A DNA stretch of 64,000 bases, from positions 11,251 through 75,250 of the forward strand of contig JAWKYX010000009.1 in the NCBI GenBank assembly GCA_041396265.1, read 5' to 3'. The notes beneath the pieces were generated by a model, which was not told where the DNA came from, did not search any database, and saw nothing but the letters and a program-made list of their open reading frames with translations. Below, piece by piece: positions 23,677 to 33,494 of this stretch. Each line of letters begins with the position of its first letter. Position 1 is the first letter of the stretch. The translations under genes were made by a program, and so were the position numbers. Source of the DNA: Rhodocyclaceae bacterium. GTDB taxonomy: Bacteria > Pseudomonadota > Gammaproteobacteria > Burkholderiales > Rhodocyclaceae.

Positions 23677-25734
23677 TCAGGGGTTGCGGGCTAGTGGCAC
23701 GAAAATCTGGAAACTGGTGCCAGCATCGCGCTGGCTACGACAGAGTGTATAAGCGCCCGATTGCCGGAGTATGTCGTTGACGATCGACAGGCCCACGCCC
23801 TGGTGGTTGTTGCCCTTCTCGCTCGGCTGCACCGAGAACAGTTGGCTCAGACGCGCCTCGGGCAGTCCGGGGCCGTTGTCGACCAGCCGCAGCTCGAGGC
23901 AGGGGGCGCCGCCGGCAATGAGCACGCCGGGCGAGCTGATGTTCAGCCGTCCGCCCTCGGGCAGGGCCTCGGCCGCGTTGCGCATCAGGTTGAGGACGAC
24001 CTGCTTGAGCGCGGCGGCGGGCATGGCGACCGTCGGCAGGCCGCGCGGGATGCGCACGTCGAGTTCGCGCCCGCGGTGGCCGAACAAGGTGTCGCCGTAG
24101 ATCTGCTGCAGTTGCCGGACCACCTCGCCGATCTCGGCGGTGGCGCGGGTGTCCTCGGCGGGCTCGGGCTCGGTCATCTGCCGCAGCAGGGCGCCGATGC
24201 GGTCGATTTCCTTGCTCACCTGCGACAGCTCGCCGACCAGCGCCTTGTCGGCATTGTCGCGCTGGCTGATGATGCCCAGGTAGCTCTTGATGACGGTGAG
24301 CGGGCTGTTGACCTCATGGGTGATGCGGCGGGCCTTGGCCAGGTGCTCGGCCTGAGCGGTGGCGAGCAGTTGCTCGGCTTGCGCCTGTTGCTGGAGGTGG
24401 CGGACGAGGCTGGCGGCGGACTGGGTGACGAGCGAGAGCATCAGGCCTTGTTCGTCGGGCGAGATGTCGAGGCTCTCGTCGATGGCCAGCACGCCGACAC
24501 CGTGTTCGCCGCCCGCATGCCAGGGCAGGCACAGGATGCCCGCGCCGTCGAGCCAGCGCGCGACATGCCAGTCGCGCGTGCTGCGCCCCGGGCTGTCGCG
24601 GCCCGGGAAGTGGCTGGTGCTGGTCTGCGTGCGCATGGCGAGCGCAATGACGCTGGTTTCGTCGGACAGGCGCAGGTCGAGCTCGGCCAGCGCGGTGCTC
24701 AGGTCGGGGTCGTGTGCCGGGGCCAGTGCGCATAGTGTGTCGTCTTCGCTGCGCAGTAGCAGCGGCGGCGCTTTTCCGAACAGCAGGCGAAAGGCGTCTT
24801 GCAGCCGGCGCATGACGGTATCGGCGGAGGTGGCGTTGAACGCGGCCTGGATCAGCCCGTCGAGCGTGACCTGGCGCCAGTGCGGCGAGAGGCGGGGGTA
24901 GTCGGGGGTGTTGCCCGCCGAGACGACGGCATGACTGCCGATGGGCTGACCGATGCCAAGTGACTGCAGCCCCTGGCTGGACAGGTAGTCGACATCGGTC
25001 TGCAGGCTGAGTAGCGCCTCGCGCGAGAGCCCGCTCAGGTGCTGGGCCTCGTCCAGGCGGGGGGGCTCGGCCGCCAGGCATTGCGCGGCGCGAACGATGG
25101 CGGCCAGCGGGTGGGCACCATGCAGTTGCTCCTCGAGTGCACTGCCAAGGGCCAGGGCGTCGATCACCGGCCGGGGCAGCCGGCAGTGGCGGGCAAGCGT
25201 GGCGCCGAGGCTGACATGGTCGGTATCGAAGCGCTGGCGCTCGCGCGTGCGCAGCGCCTCCGGGGTGGCGCACTGGGCGCACAGCTGCGCGTAGTCGGGC
25301 GCCGAGGCGTGCAGGCTCAGTTGCCCCAGGGATGACCACAGGCCGGCAAGGAAGGCCTCTTCGGGGCCCCGGTAGCGTGTCTCGATGGCCAGATGCATGG
25401 CGCATTCGGCGGTGATGAGTGACGTGTGGTGCAGCGCCTGCACGGTGTCGGCGGTGTTCTGCCGGGCGCCGACATGGAGCAGCCAGGCGCGCAGCAGCGG
25501 GGCGCCGACGCGGCGCAGGCGCTCAGCCAGAGCGGCCTTGAGCGGCTGCGTGTCGGCGGCATCGAGCGGCTGTGTCCACAGCAAGGCGAAGCACAGCGCG
25601 GGGTCGCGGCTGGCGTGTTCGGCGATGGCGTCCCAGGGCGTATCGGCCGCTTCCATCAGGCGCAGCACGGCCTCTGCCGCACGGGGGTGCGGTGCAGGGC
25701 GCTGCATGCGGAAGGGCAGGACAGGCAGGGACAT
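23677..25734 (-). CDS. HDOD-domain sensor histidine kinase
   Basis: HDOD-like N-terminus (RDPAL, EEAFLAGL, DHVSLG), H-box THEVNSPL, HATPase NLMRNAAEA/DNGPG/GVGL. Confidence 0.82.
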   Translation of the reverse strand: MSLPVLPFRMQRPAPHPRAAEAVLRLMEAADTPWDAIAEHASRDPALCFALLWTQPLDAADTQPLKAALAERLRRVGAPLLRAWLLHVGARQNTADTVQALHHTSLITAECAMHLAIETRYRGPEEAFLAGLWSSLGQLSLHASAPDYAQLCAQCATPEALRTRERQRFDTDHVSLGATLARHCRLPRPVIDALALGSALEEQLHGAHPLAAIVRAAQCLAAEPPRLDEAQHLSGLSREALLSLQTDVDYLSSQGLQSLGIGQPIGSHAVVSAGNTPDYPRLSPHWRQVTLDGLIQAAFNATSADTVMRRLQDAFRLLFGKAPPLLLRSEDDTLCALAPAHDPDLSTALAELDLRLSDETSVIALAMRTQTSTSHFPGRDSPGRSTRDWHVARWLDGAGILCLPWHAGGEHGVGVLAIDESLDISPDEQGLMLSLVTQSAASLVRHLQQQAQAEQLLATAQAEHLAKARRITHEVNSPLTVIKSYLGIISQRDNADKALVGELSQVSKEIDRIGALLRQMTEPEPAEDTRATAEIGEVVRQLQQIYGDTLFGHRGRELDVRIPRGLPTVAMPAAALKQVVLNLMRNAAEALPEGGRLNISSPGVLIAGGAPCLELRLVDNGPGLPEARLSQLFSVQPSEKGNNHQGVGLSIVNDILRQSGAYTLCRSQRDAGTSFQIFVPLARNP

Positions 25735-25843
25735 TACGGGCGATCGGGTCGTGTCGGGCTGAGCAGACCGGATTCTAAAGGCTCCCGACGCGTCCAGACG
25801 TGATAGGTGTCTCGGGTGACGATCGGGCGCGAGGCAGTGGTGC

Positions 25844-26980
25844 TCAGGCTTGCAGGCTGTCGGCAAACTGCAGGCCGGAGAGCAGGGCACGATTGATGCT
25901 GTCGTGGTCGAGCGTCAGTTCGGTGGCGATGGTTTGCAGACGGGTGGGGTCGAAACGCTCGCAGGCGCGTGCCAGATTGAGGAAGGGCGCGTAGGAGCCC
26001 TGGTCGTTGATGAGTGCGTCGGTGATCGGCTCTGGCAGGCTCATCTCGCCAAGCAGATCGGCGAGTGAGGTGCCCAGCAGCGATGGCAGCAGGGAGAACG
26101 CGCCGGTAATGAACAGGTTGTCGTGGTCGGCCTTGTCAAAGAAGGGCGCGCCGACACGCTCCATCAGCCGGCCGCGGGCGATCGAAGCCTGCATCAATGC
26201 CGGTGCGGCGGGGTCGCGGCTGGCGGTGACCAGCAGCAATGACAGCCATTTGTTGAGGTTGTTGTAGCCGAGGATGGTGACGGCATGGCGGAAGGATTGG
26301 ATCTCGCACATCAGGCCGAAGCCGGCGGAGTTGATGTAGCGCAGGAGCTTGTACGACAGGGCCACGTCCTGCTTGAGGACGGCCTCGATTTCCTTGACGT
26401 CGGCGTTGTGACGCACCAGGTTGAGTAATCGCACGAGCTGTGCGTGCGAGGGCGACAGCTGCTTGGCTGGGGCATTGCCCTGCAGAAAGAACCAGCCGGC
26501 GGCGCCGTCGAAGCCACGGTGGATGGCGTCATCGAAGGCGGGGGTGTCTTTCAGGCCCCAGGCCAGACTCAGCCCCGGACAAGCGTGGGGGCTGGCGGGC
26601 TTGCGTTGATCCATGATCACGAAGCGCCAGTCGCCGTCGGGTGGCAGTGCCGTATCGGCGGTGTACCACGACAGACAGGTGCTGACGCCGGCCGCCTTGA
26701 GGCGCGGAAGCAACTCCTGGGTCTTGGGGTGCGCGAGGGTCGGCGCAGGGATCTCGACCATCAGGTTGTCGGGCATTGCCCATTCGAGCAGGTCGACCGT
26801 CGGGACGAGCTTGCCCAGCGAGAGGAACACCGAATGGTGGCGCGGCCACTCTTGTTCGAACTGCTGCAGCCCCTCGACCGCCTCGGCTACCGATGGCGCA
26901 TGCGCGATCAGCCGGTTGGCGGTGATCGCACGGTTGCGGTTGACGACGGGTTCGCGGGTCAGCAGCAGGGATTGGCTCAT
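25844..26980 (-). CDS. Degenerate EAL + HDOD (YuxH-like) signalling protein
   Basis: DVALSYKLLRYINSAGFG, AVTILG, FITGAFSLL. Confidence 0.85.
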   Translation of the reverse strand: MSQSLLLTREPVVNRNRAITANRLIAHAPSVAEAVEGLQQFEQEWPRHHSVFLSLGKLVPTVDLLEWAMPDNLMVEIPAPTLAHPKTQELLPRLKAAGVSTCLSWYTADTALPPDGDWRFVIMDQRKPASPHACPGLSLAWGLKDTPAFDDAIHRGFDGAAGWFFLQGNAPAKQLSPSHAQLVRLLNLVRHNADVKEIEAVLKQDVALSYKLLRYINSAGFGLMCEIQSFRHAVTILGYNNLNKWLSLLLVTASRDPAAPALMQASIARGRLMERVGAPFFDKADHDNLFITGAFSLLPSLLGTSLADLLGEMSLPEPITDALINDQGSYAPFLNLARACERFDPTRLQTIATELTLDHDSINRALLSGLQFADSLQA

Positions 26981-26984
26981 GGCG

Positions 26985-28010
26985 TCAGGCTTGCGATTCC
27001 AGGGCGTAGGTAAAAGCGTCGGCAAAAAACGCGTCGTCGGGCAGGCCGCACTGCTCGGTGAAATCCTGGCGGGCGGCGTCGATCATGACCGGTGCGCCAC
27101 AGGCATACACCTGGTGGCCCGACAGGTCCGGCAGATCGGCCATCACCGCCTGATGCACCAGACCGGTCCGGCCGGTCCACGGCTCACTGGGAATGTTATC
27201 GGAAAGTACCGGGACAAACTTGAACCAGGAATGGGTCTGCGCCCATGCCGCCGCCATGTCGTGCTGATACAGGCCGGCACGGTCGCGCGACCCCCAGTAC
27301 AGCGCCATCGGACGAGTCATGCCGCTGGCGATGGCGTGCTCGACGATGCCCTTGATCGGCGCAAAGCCGGTGCCGCCGGCTACCAGAACGATCGGCAGAT
27401 CGCTGTCCTCGCGCAGGAAGAAACTGCCCAGCGGGCCCTCGAAGCGCAGGATGTCACGCACCTTCATGGTCGAGAACACCTGGCTGGTGAAGAAGCCGTC
27501 GGGCACCTGGCGGATGTGCAGTTCCAGGTGGTCGGCGCCGGCCGGCGCGTTGGCGATCGAAAAACTGCGCCGCTTGCCGCCAGGGAGCAGGAAGTCGATG
27601 TACTGGCCGGCACGGAAGGCAAAGGTTTCGGTGGCGGGCAGCTTGACCTTGAGGATCATCACGTCCGGCGCGGCCAGCGTCATCTCCTGCACCCGGCAGG
27701 GCAGCTTCTTGACCGGGATGTCGTCCGCGCGGCTGACCGTGCGGCACTCGATGGTCAGGTCGCTGCGCGCGGTGGCGCAGCAGAACAGCGCCAGGCCGGC
27801 GGCCTTGTCCTCGTCGGTCAGTGTTTGCGGGCCGTGCTTGCCGTAGTCCACCGTGCCGTCGAGGATCTTGCCCTTGCAGGCGCCGCACACGCCGTCGCGG
27901 CAACTGTGCGGCAGCAGCAGGCCGGCATCGGCGGCGGCTTCGAGGAGGGTCTGGTTTTCGGAGACGGCGACGACGTGATCGCCCGGCAGGATGGTGAGCT
28001 GAAAGGACAT
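26985..28010 (-). CDS. 2Fe-2S/FAD/NAD reductase (CDP-6-deoxy-delta-3,4-glucoseen reductase family)
   Basis: CRDGVCGAC ferredoxin motif, RSFSIAN, GGTGFAP, YACG. Confidence 0.9.
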   Translation of the reverse strand: MSFQLTILPGDHVVAVSENQTLLEAAADAGLLLPHSCRDGVCGACKGKILDGTVDYGKHGPQTLTDEDKAAGLALFCCATARSDLTIECRTVSRADDIPVKKLPCRVQEMTLAAPDVMILKVKLPATETFAFRAGQYIDFLLPGGKRRSFSIANAPAGADHLELHIRQVPDGFFTSQVFSTMKVRDILRFEGPLGSFFLREDSDLPIVLVAGGTGFAPIKGIVEHAIASGMTRPMALYWGSRDRAGLYQHDMAAAWAQTHSWFKFVPVLSDNIPSEPWTGRTGLVHQAVMADLPDLSGHQVYACGAPVMIDAARQDFTEQCGLPDDAFFADAFTYALESQA

Positions 28011-28039
28011 GACGAAATCTGGCGTGAGATAATGCGGCG

Positions 28040-28918
28040 ATGAGAACGATTCTGATTGTGGGCTGCGGCGATGTCGCCCGGCGGGCCATACCGTGGCTGG
28101 CCGGGCGCTTTCGCGTAATCGCGATGATACGCGATGACAGCCAGCGTGCCGCCTTGAGGGCACTTGGCGCCCGCGTGCTGGTGGCCGATCTGGACAACCG
28201 GCACACGCTGCGCCGCCTTGCCGGCATTGCCGATGTAGTGTTGCATGCCGCGCCGCCGCCGCGCACGGGCGCTGTCGATTCGCGCACCCGCCATCTGCTC
28301 GCCGCGCTGGCGCAGGGCGCCACGCTGCCGCGCCGGCTGGTGTATATCAGCACCACCGGCGTGTATGGCAATTGCCACGGCGCCTGGGTGACCGAGACCC
28401 GCCCCGTGTCGCCGGACTCCGACCGCGCCGGGCGCCGGGTCGATGCCGAGCGCCGGCTGCGCGCCTTCGGCCGGCGTTGCGGGGTGTCGGTCGGCATCCT
28501 GCGCGCGCCGGGCATCTACGCCGCCGACCGTCTGCCGCTGGCCCGCCTCGAGCGCGGCGACCCCATCCTGCGCCCGGAAGACGATGTCCACACCAACCAC
28601 ATCCATGCCCAAGACCTGGCCCGCTGGTGCGCCATCGCCGCGTTTCGCGGCGGGGCGGGGCGGGTGTGGAACGCCTGCGATGACACCCGCCTGACCATGG
28701 GCGGCTATTTCAATGCCGTGGCCGACCACTTCGGCCTGCCGCGCCCCGAGGCGCTGAGCCGCGCGCAGATCGCCGAGCGCGTCTCGCCGCTGACGCTGTC
28801 CTTCATGCGCGAATCGCGACAGATCGACAACGCCCGCATCAAGCGCGAACTGCGCGCACCGCTCATCTACCCCGACATCCACGCAGGCCTGGCCGCCGTG
28901 CCGCCTGCCCAACCCTGA
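28040..28918 (+). CDS. NAD-dependent epimerase/SDR family protein
   Basis: ILIVGCGDV, YISTTGVYG, LRAPGIY. Confidence 0.88.
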   Translation: MRTILIVGCGDVARRAIPWLAGRFRVIAMIRDDSQRAALRALGARVLVADLDNRHTLRRLAGIADVVLHAAPPPRTGAVDSRTRHLLAALAQGATLPRRLVYISTTGVYGNCHGAWVTETRPVSPDSDRAGRRVDAERRLRAFGRRCGVSVGILRAPGIYAADRLPLARLERGDPILRPEDDVHTNHIHAQDLARWCAIAAFRGGAGRVWNACDDTRLTMGGYFNAVADHFGLPRPEALSRAQIAERVSPLTLSFMRESRQIDNARIKRELRAPLIYPDIHAGLAAVPPAQP

Positions 28919-28927
28919 GACCCCCTC

Positions 28928-29344
28928 ATGCTCGTCGTCAAAGCCCTGCACATCATCTTCGTCGTCAGCTGGTTCGCCGGCCTGTTCTACCTGCCGCGCA
29001 TCTTCGTCAACCTCGCCATGGTGCCGGCCGACAGCCCCGCCGAGCGCGACCGCCTGCTGCTGATGGCGCGCAAGCTGCTGCGTTTCATGACGCCGCTGGC
29101 CGTGCTGGCGGTGGTGTTTGGCCTGTGGTTGTGGTTTGGTTACGGTTTTGGCGGCGGTTGGCTGCATGCCAAGACCGCGCTGGTGGTCGGCCTGATCGGC
29201 TACCACGTCTATTGCGGCCGCCTGCTCGGGCAGTTTGTTGCCGGGCGCAATGCGCGCAGCCATGTCTGGTTCCGGGTGTTCAACGAGATGCCAGTGCTGG
29301 TGCTGTTCGTGGTGGTGTTTCTCGTCGTCCTCAAACCTTTCTGA
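28928..29344 (+). CDS. hemJ: HemJ-like protoporphyrinogen oxidase (CopD family membrane protein)
   Basis: KALHIIFVVSWFAGLFYLPR, FNEMP, VLKPF. Confidence 0.8.
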   Translation: MLVVKALHIIFVVSWFAGLFYLPRIFVNLAMVPADSPAERDRLLLMARKLLRFMTPLAVLAVVFGLWLWFGYGFGGGWLHAKTALVVGLIGYHVYCGRLLGQFVAGRNARSHVWFRVFNEMPVLVLFVVVFLVVLKPF

Positions 29345-29355
29345 GTTGAATTTCC

Positions 29356-30507
29356 ATGGCTGAACGTTTTTTTGCCCCATGCCCGCGCGGCCTCGAACCC
29401 GGTTTGCAGGATGAGCTCACCGCCCTCGGCGCCAGCCAGGTCCGGCAAGTGCCTGGTGGCGTCGCCTTTGCTGGCGACTGGTCGCTGGCCTGGGCGGTCA
29501 ACCTGGAAAGTCGCCTGGCCACGCGCGTGCTGTGGCAGGTCGCCCACGGCCGCTACCGTGGCGAGCAGGACATCTACAAGCTCGCCTACGGTGTGACCTG
29601 GGCCAAGTGGTTCACCCCCGAGCAGACGATGCGGGTGTACGTGACGGCGCGTCGCTCGCCGCTCAAGAGCCTGGAGTTCATCACCCTGCGCATCAAGGAC
29701 GCGGTGTGCGACCACTTCCGCGCCGTGCGCGGCGCGCGCCCCAGCATCGACACCGCCAACCCCGACGTGCGGGTGCATGCCTTCCTCACCGCCGACGAGG
29801 TCATGCTGTATGTCGACACCTCGGGCGAGCCGCTCTACAAGCGCGGCTTCAAGCAGGCCGCGGTCGAAGCCCCGCTCAAGGAAAACCTCGCCGCCGGCAT
29901 CCTGCGCATGACCGGCTGGCACCCCACCGAGGCCCTGCTCGACCCCATGTGCGGCTCGGGCACCTTCCTGATCGAGGCGGTGCAGATCGCGCTCGACATC
30001 GCCCCCGGCCTCGGCCGCCGCTTTGCCTTCGAAGCGCTCAAGACTTGCGACGAAGCCGCCTGGCGCCGCATCCGCCGCGCCGCCGAAGGCCGCCGCCGCC
30101 ACGCCACCGGCCTGCCCATCTTCGGCTCCGACAGCGACGCCGTGCAGGTCAAGCGCGCCCGCATCAACCTCGAAGCCGCCGGCCTGGCCGACATGGTGCG
30201 CCTGGAGCAGGCCGAACTCACCGAACGCACCCCGCCCGCCGACGAAGGCGTGATGGTGGCCAACCCGCCCTATGGCGTGCGTATTGGCGAAACCGCCGAA
30301 CTGGCCGAGTTCTATCCCAAACTTGGCGACGCCCTCAAGGCCCGCTGGGCTGGCTGGCGCTGCTACTTCCTCTCCGCCGACCCCGAACTGCCCAAACTCA
30401 TCCGCCTCAAGGCCAGCAAGCGCACCCCGCTGTTCAACGGTGCACTGGAGTGCCGGGTGTTCGAATACAAGATGCTCGCCGGCTCCAACCGCCGCGAAAA
30501 ACCGTAG
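29356..30507 (+). CDS. THUMP-domain RNA methyltransferase (RlmL-like)
   Basis: LYKRG, APLKENLAAG, DPMCGSGT, NPPYG. Confidence 0.9.
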   Translation: MAERFFAPCPRGLEPGLQDELTALGASQVRQVPGGVAFAGDWSLAWAVNLESRLATRVLWQVAHGRYRGEQDIYKLAYGVTWAKWFTPEQTMRVYVTARRSPLKSLEFITLRIKDAVCDHFRAVRGARPSIDTANPDVRVHAFLTADEVMLYVDTSGEPLYKRGFKQAAVEAPLKENLAAGILRMTGWHPTEALLDPMCGSGTFLIEAVQIALDIAPGLGRRFAFEALKTCDEAAWRRIRRAAEGRRRHATGLPIFGSDSDAVQVKRARINLEAAGLADMVRLEQAELTERTPPADEGVMVANPPYGVRIGETAELAEFYPKLGDALKARWAGWRCYFLSADPELPKLIRLKASKRTPLFNGALECRVFEYKMLAGSNRREKP

Positions 30508-30555
30508 GGCGGGATTCATCCCGCCAAAGCGTAGGGTGGGCACCCCGTGCCCACC
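30504..30555 (+). repeat. Tandem GTAG-type REP variants
   Basis: GTAGGGCGGGATTCATCCCGCC and GTAGGGTGGGCACCCCGTGCCCACC; the first supplies the upstream gene's TAG stop. Confidence 0.7.
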
Positions 30556-30647
30556 GATAACCGACAATCGGGGTCGCCCCGCGCAGGTTCATGTTCGGCG
30601 CACTGCATTCATCGCAACGACGCGGCCGTGCGAACGCTGTCAGCCGA

Positions 30648-31325
30648 CTATCCAAACTGTCTTTCAGGCACGAGACGATGATGCTTGCGCGCAGGCGCGT
30701 CTGGCATGAACACGCCCGGCGCATTGTCGTGTCGATCCTGCTCCCAGATGGAATGCGCCCTTTGTAGCTGAGTCTTGAGTGGTGCGGTCAGCGAGTCGGG
30801 CAGCATCACGCGCCGATCCTTGCTGCCCTTGCCTTGGTGCACTGTAATCGCTGTGCGGTCAAAATCCAGATCCTTCACCCTCAGCCGCAGCCCCTCCATG
30901 AGGCGCATGCCCGTTCCATACAACAGTCGCGCGATCAAGCCTTCCACGCCTTCGATGGCAGCGAGCAAATGCTTGACCTCTGAACGCGAAAGCACCACTG
31001 GAACGTAATCGCGCTGCTTGGGCCGCTGAAGTTCGGTGAGCCAGGGCAGCTCGACCTGCAAGACCTCACGGTACAGAAATAGAATCGCGGACAGCGCCTG
31101 GTTGTGCGTAGCCGGCGCACACCCCCGGGCGCCCGACAGCCAGTTCAGAAACGCCGTCACTTCCGCCGCGCCCATCTCTCTCGGATGCTTCAACCGGTGG
31201 TAATGTACGTAGGCGCGAACCCAATAGACATATGCCTTTTCGGTTCTCAGGCTATAGTGGCGATATCTGATTGAGGTTCTGAGCTGGCCCAGCAGTCGTG
31301 GGGCGGGCTGCACTGTACTTGCCAT
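30648..31325 (-). pseudogene. intI: Integron integrase IntI, C-terminally truncated
   Basis: RYRHYSLRTEKAYVYW, THNQALSAILFLY, LLYGTGMRLME, GKGSKDR, integron-type PGVFMPDA segment; catalytic H-x-x-R and Tyr box absent. Confidence 0.88.
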
Positions 31326-31406
31326 GACACACACCGAGGGAGTGAAAGAATGTACAGGCTGGCACCGGCCGCAAGAAAAATGAAGAATGCATGTGACGCG
31401 CTCTCG

Positions 31407-31465
31407 GATGTAGACGTCAAGCGTCAGATGTATACGTCACTTTTGACGTCTACAACACGTTAGGG
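31407..31465 (+). promoter_or_regulatory. Putative attI site
   Basis: Direct repeats GATGTA(G/T)ACGTCA (31407, 31427), inverted pair TGTAGACGTCAA/TTGACGTCTACA, then GTTAGGG core; lies between divergent intI and the first cassette. Confidence 0.6.
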
Positions 31466-31531
31466 CTGGTGAACAATATGGCCGCGCCATACATATAAAA
31501 ATAATTCGGAGTAAATAATGGCGAGAATTAT

Positions 31532-31763
31532 ATGTCTGATGTGAACTACCAAAAACAAGCGCAGGACTATTACGGGAAGGCCCCTGTCATCATTTTGGGT
31601 AGCGGTGCCTCGGCTGCACACGGCATGTCAGGGATGGGAGCGCTTGCAAAGCATCTCATCACGCACACCGACGCTTCCGGTCTGTCTGCTCCTGAGTTGG
31701 AGGTCTGGGAAAAATTCTGCCAGGTTTTGAGCGATGGCGTAGACCTAGAATCCGCCCTACATC
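31532..31763 (+). pseudogene. SIR2-like protein N-terminal fragment (first cassette), cut by IS4
   Basis: PVIILGSGASAAHG (GxGxS Sir2 motif), DLESAL; frame runs into the IS terminal repeat. Confidence 0.7.
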
Positions 31764-33131
31764 CAATGCCATTAAGTTAAGTAAAAAAGTCACATTAAAA
31801 CAGTGTGTTGCGTTAGAATGGTGTCGTTGCAATGACTTCTTAATGATGACTATGACATTGCAAATCCCGTGCCATATTTAGCGCCATTGGCCAATACCTT
31901 AGTTCGGACGCCTTTGCCCAGCAGGCACGAGAGAAACCGTCGGACTTTACCCGCACCCGTCGCCTTCCGCTCGCGCACATTGTCGCCTTCTTGCTCAACG
32001 CGCCGCGTGCGGGTCTGCAAAGCGAGCTCGACGCCTTCTTCGATCACTCGATCCAAGCACCGCTGCGCCGCCCACCGACCAAGAGCGCGCTGTGCCAGGC
32101 ACGCAGGCATCTTCGCCCACAGGCAATGCGCCAGTTGCTCGGCCATAGTGCACAAGTATTTGTCGAGCACAGCCAAACTCCCTTGTGGCATGGCTTGCGC
32201 GTGCTGGCGCTCGATTCGACCACGCTGCGTGTTCCCAATGTTCCCGAGAGCATTGAGCACTTCGGCGGCATGCTCACCTCCTGCGGCAAATTTCGACCTC
32301 TGGCGCGTGCTTCGGCACTGCTCGATGTGGCCCGTGATGCCTTTGTCGATGCCCGCCTCGGTGGCTTTGCCGACGATGATCGAACGCTTGCCGCCGATCA
32401 TCTCGAAGCGCTCGGTGCCGGCGATCTGCTCGTGATGGACCGCGGCTATCCTTCTCGTCAGTGGATGGCCCAGTTGTGCGCCAAAGGCGTGGCTTTCTGT
32501 GCGCGCATCGGACACCCCTGGGCACAGGTCAAGCGCTTCGCGCGTAGCGATCAGCACGATGCCGTGGTGGATCTGGGCACGACGAAGGCGCCCTTGCCGT
32601 TGCGTTTGCTGCGAGTCGTGTTGCCCAATGGTTCGACCTTGATGCTGGTGACCAATCTGTTCGACAACTCTCTCACTGGCCCGCAGTTCGCTTCCTTGTA
32701 CCGCAGTCGCTGGCGCATCGAGGAGGCCTTCAAGCGAATCAAGGCACGCTTGCAGGTCGAGAACTGGAGCGGTGTGCTGCCGCACACCGTTGAGCAGGAT
32801 TTCTATGCCTCATTGGTGCGCCACAACTGCGCCGCCGTCATGGCCATGGCCGTCCGGCCTGAGGAGAACGGTTTGGAACCTCCAGCCCCTGACGCCAAGG
32901 GATGGCGCAGCCGGATCAATCGCACGCTGGTGCTCAAAAGCTTGCGCCACTTCCTGCCTCGCGTGCTGCTAGCGCTCGATACGCACTCCCTTCTACTGCA
33001 CCTGATCGAGCGCCTTCGCGCCCCTTCGGCCATCGAACGAACACGACCCGACCGCCGCGCCCCACGCAACAAGGGTGTGCGCATCGCAGGGTTCCATTTC
33101 GCATACAAGGTGGCTTAACTTAATGGCATTG
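31764..33131 (+). mobile_element. IS4-family insertion sequence
   Basis: Perfect 18-bp terminal IRs CAATGCCATTAAGTTAAG (31764-31781) and CTTAACTTAATGGCATTG (33114-33131); no flanking target duplication. Confidence 0.93.
31991..33118 (+). CDS. IS4-family DDE transposase
   Basis: ALDSTT, MDRGY, YRSRWRIEEAFK (YREK motif); frame is open upstream to 31856 (DFTRTRRL), so the true start is uncertain. Confidence 0.92.
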   Translation: MLNAPRAGLQSELDAFFDHSIQAPLRRPPTKSALCQARRHLRPQAMRQLLGHSAQVFVEHSQTPLWHGLRVLALDSTTLRVPNVPESIEHFGGMLTSCGKFRPLARASALLDVARDAFVDARLGGFADDDRTLAADHLEALGAGDLLVMDRGYPSRQWMAQLCAKGVAFCARIGHPWAQVKRFARSDQHDAVVDLGTTKAPLPLRLLRVVLPNGSTLMLVTNLFDNSLTGPQFASLYRSRWRIEEAFKRIKARLQVENWSGVLPHTVEQDFYASLVRHNCAAVMAMAVRPEENGLEPPAPDAKGWRSRINRTLVLKSLRHFLPRVLLALDTHSLLLHLIERLRAPSAIERTRPDRRAPRNKGVRIAGFHFAYKVA

Positions 33132-33305
33132 GGGCTACGCTCGCTACACCCTCACCCGCCGCGGCCCCAAATCTCAGATCGACGCCTACAAGTTCTATCG
33201 CAAGAGTTGCGGGCGAGACTCCCCCGTCGCAGACCTATGGGGCGCCGATGCGCCGTTTGTGCATCACGGGAAGTAAGGCGCGGTCGTGCAGGAGGATGTC
33301 GGTCG

Positions 33306-33337
33306 GTAGGGTGCAATAGGCGCAGCCGTATTGCACC
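33306..33337 (+). repeat. GTAG-type REP variant
   Basis: GTAG-GGTGCAATAGGC-GCA-GCCGTATTGCACC hairpin. Confidence 0.55.
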
Positions 33338-33494
33338 GCTTCAAGCGTTGATCGGTGCAATGCTTATCCGTTGCGTTGCGAACGCAAGCCAAGCGTAACC
33401 CATTGATATTATTGTCGTTAATAAATTTGGCGCTTAGACGCATCAAAAGCCAGTGAATAGTCCATGCATCGACATATTCCTTGGAGCGACAATC

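Noticed and set aside
31342-31357. LexA box upstream of intI (GTGAAAGAATGTACAG)
   Set aside because: Mismatch in the invariant CTG of CTG-N10-CAG; only a half-site is supported
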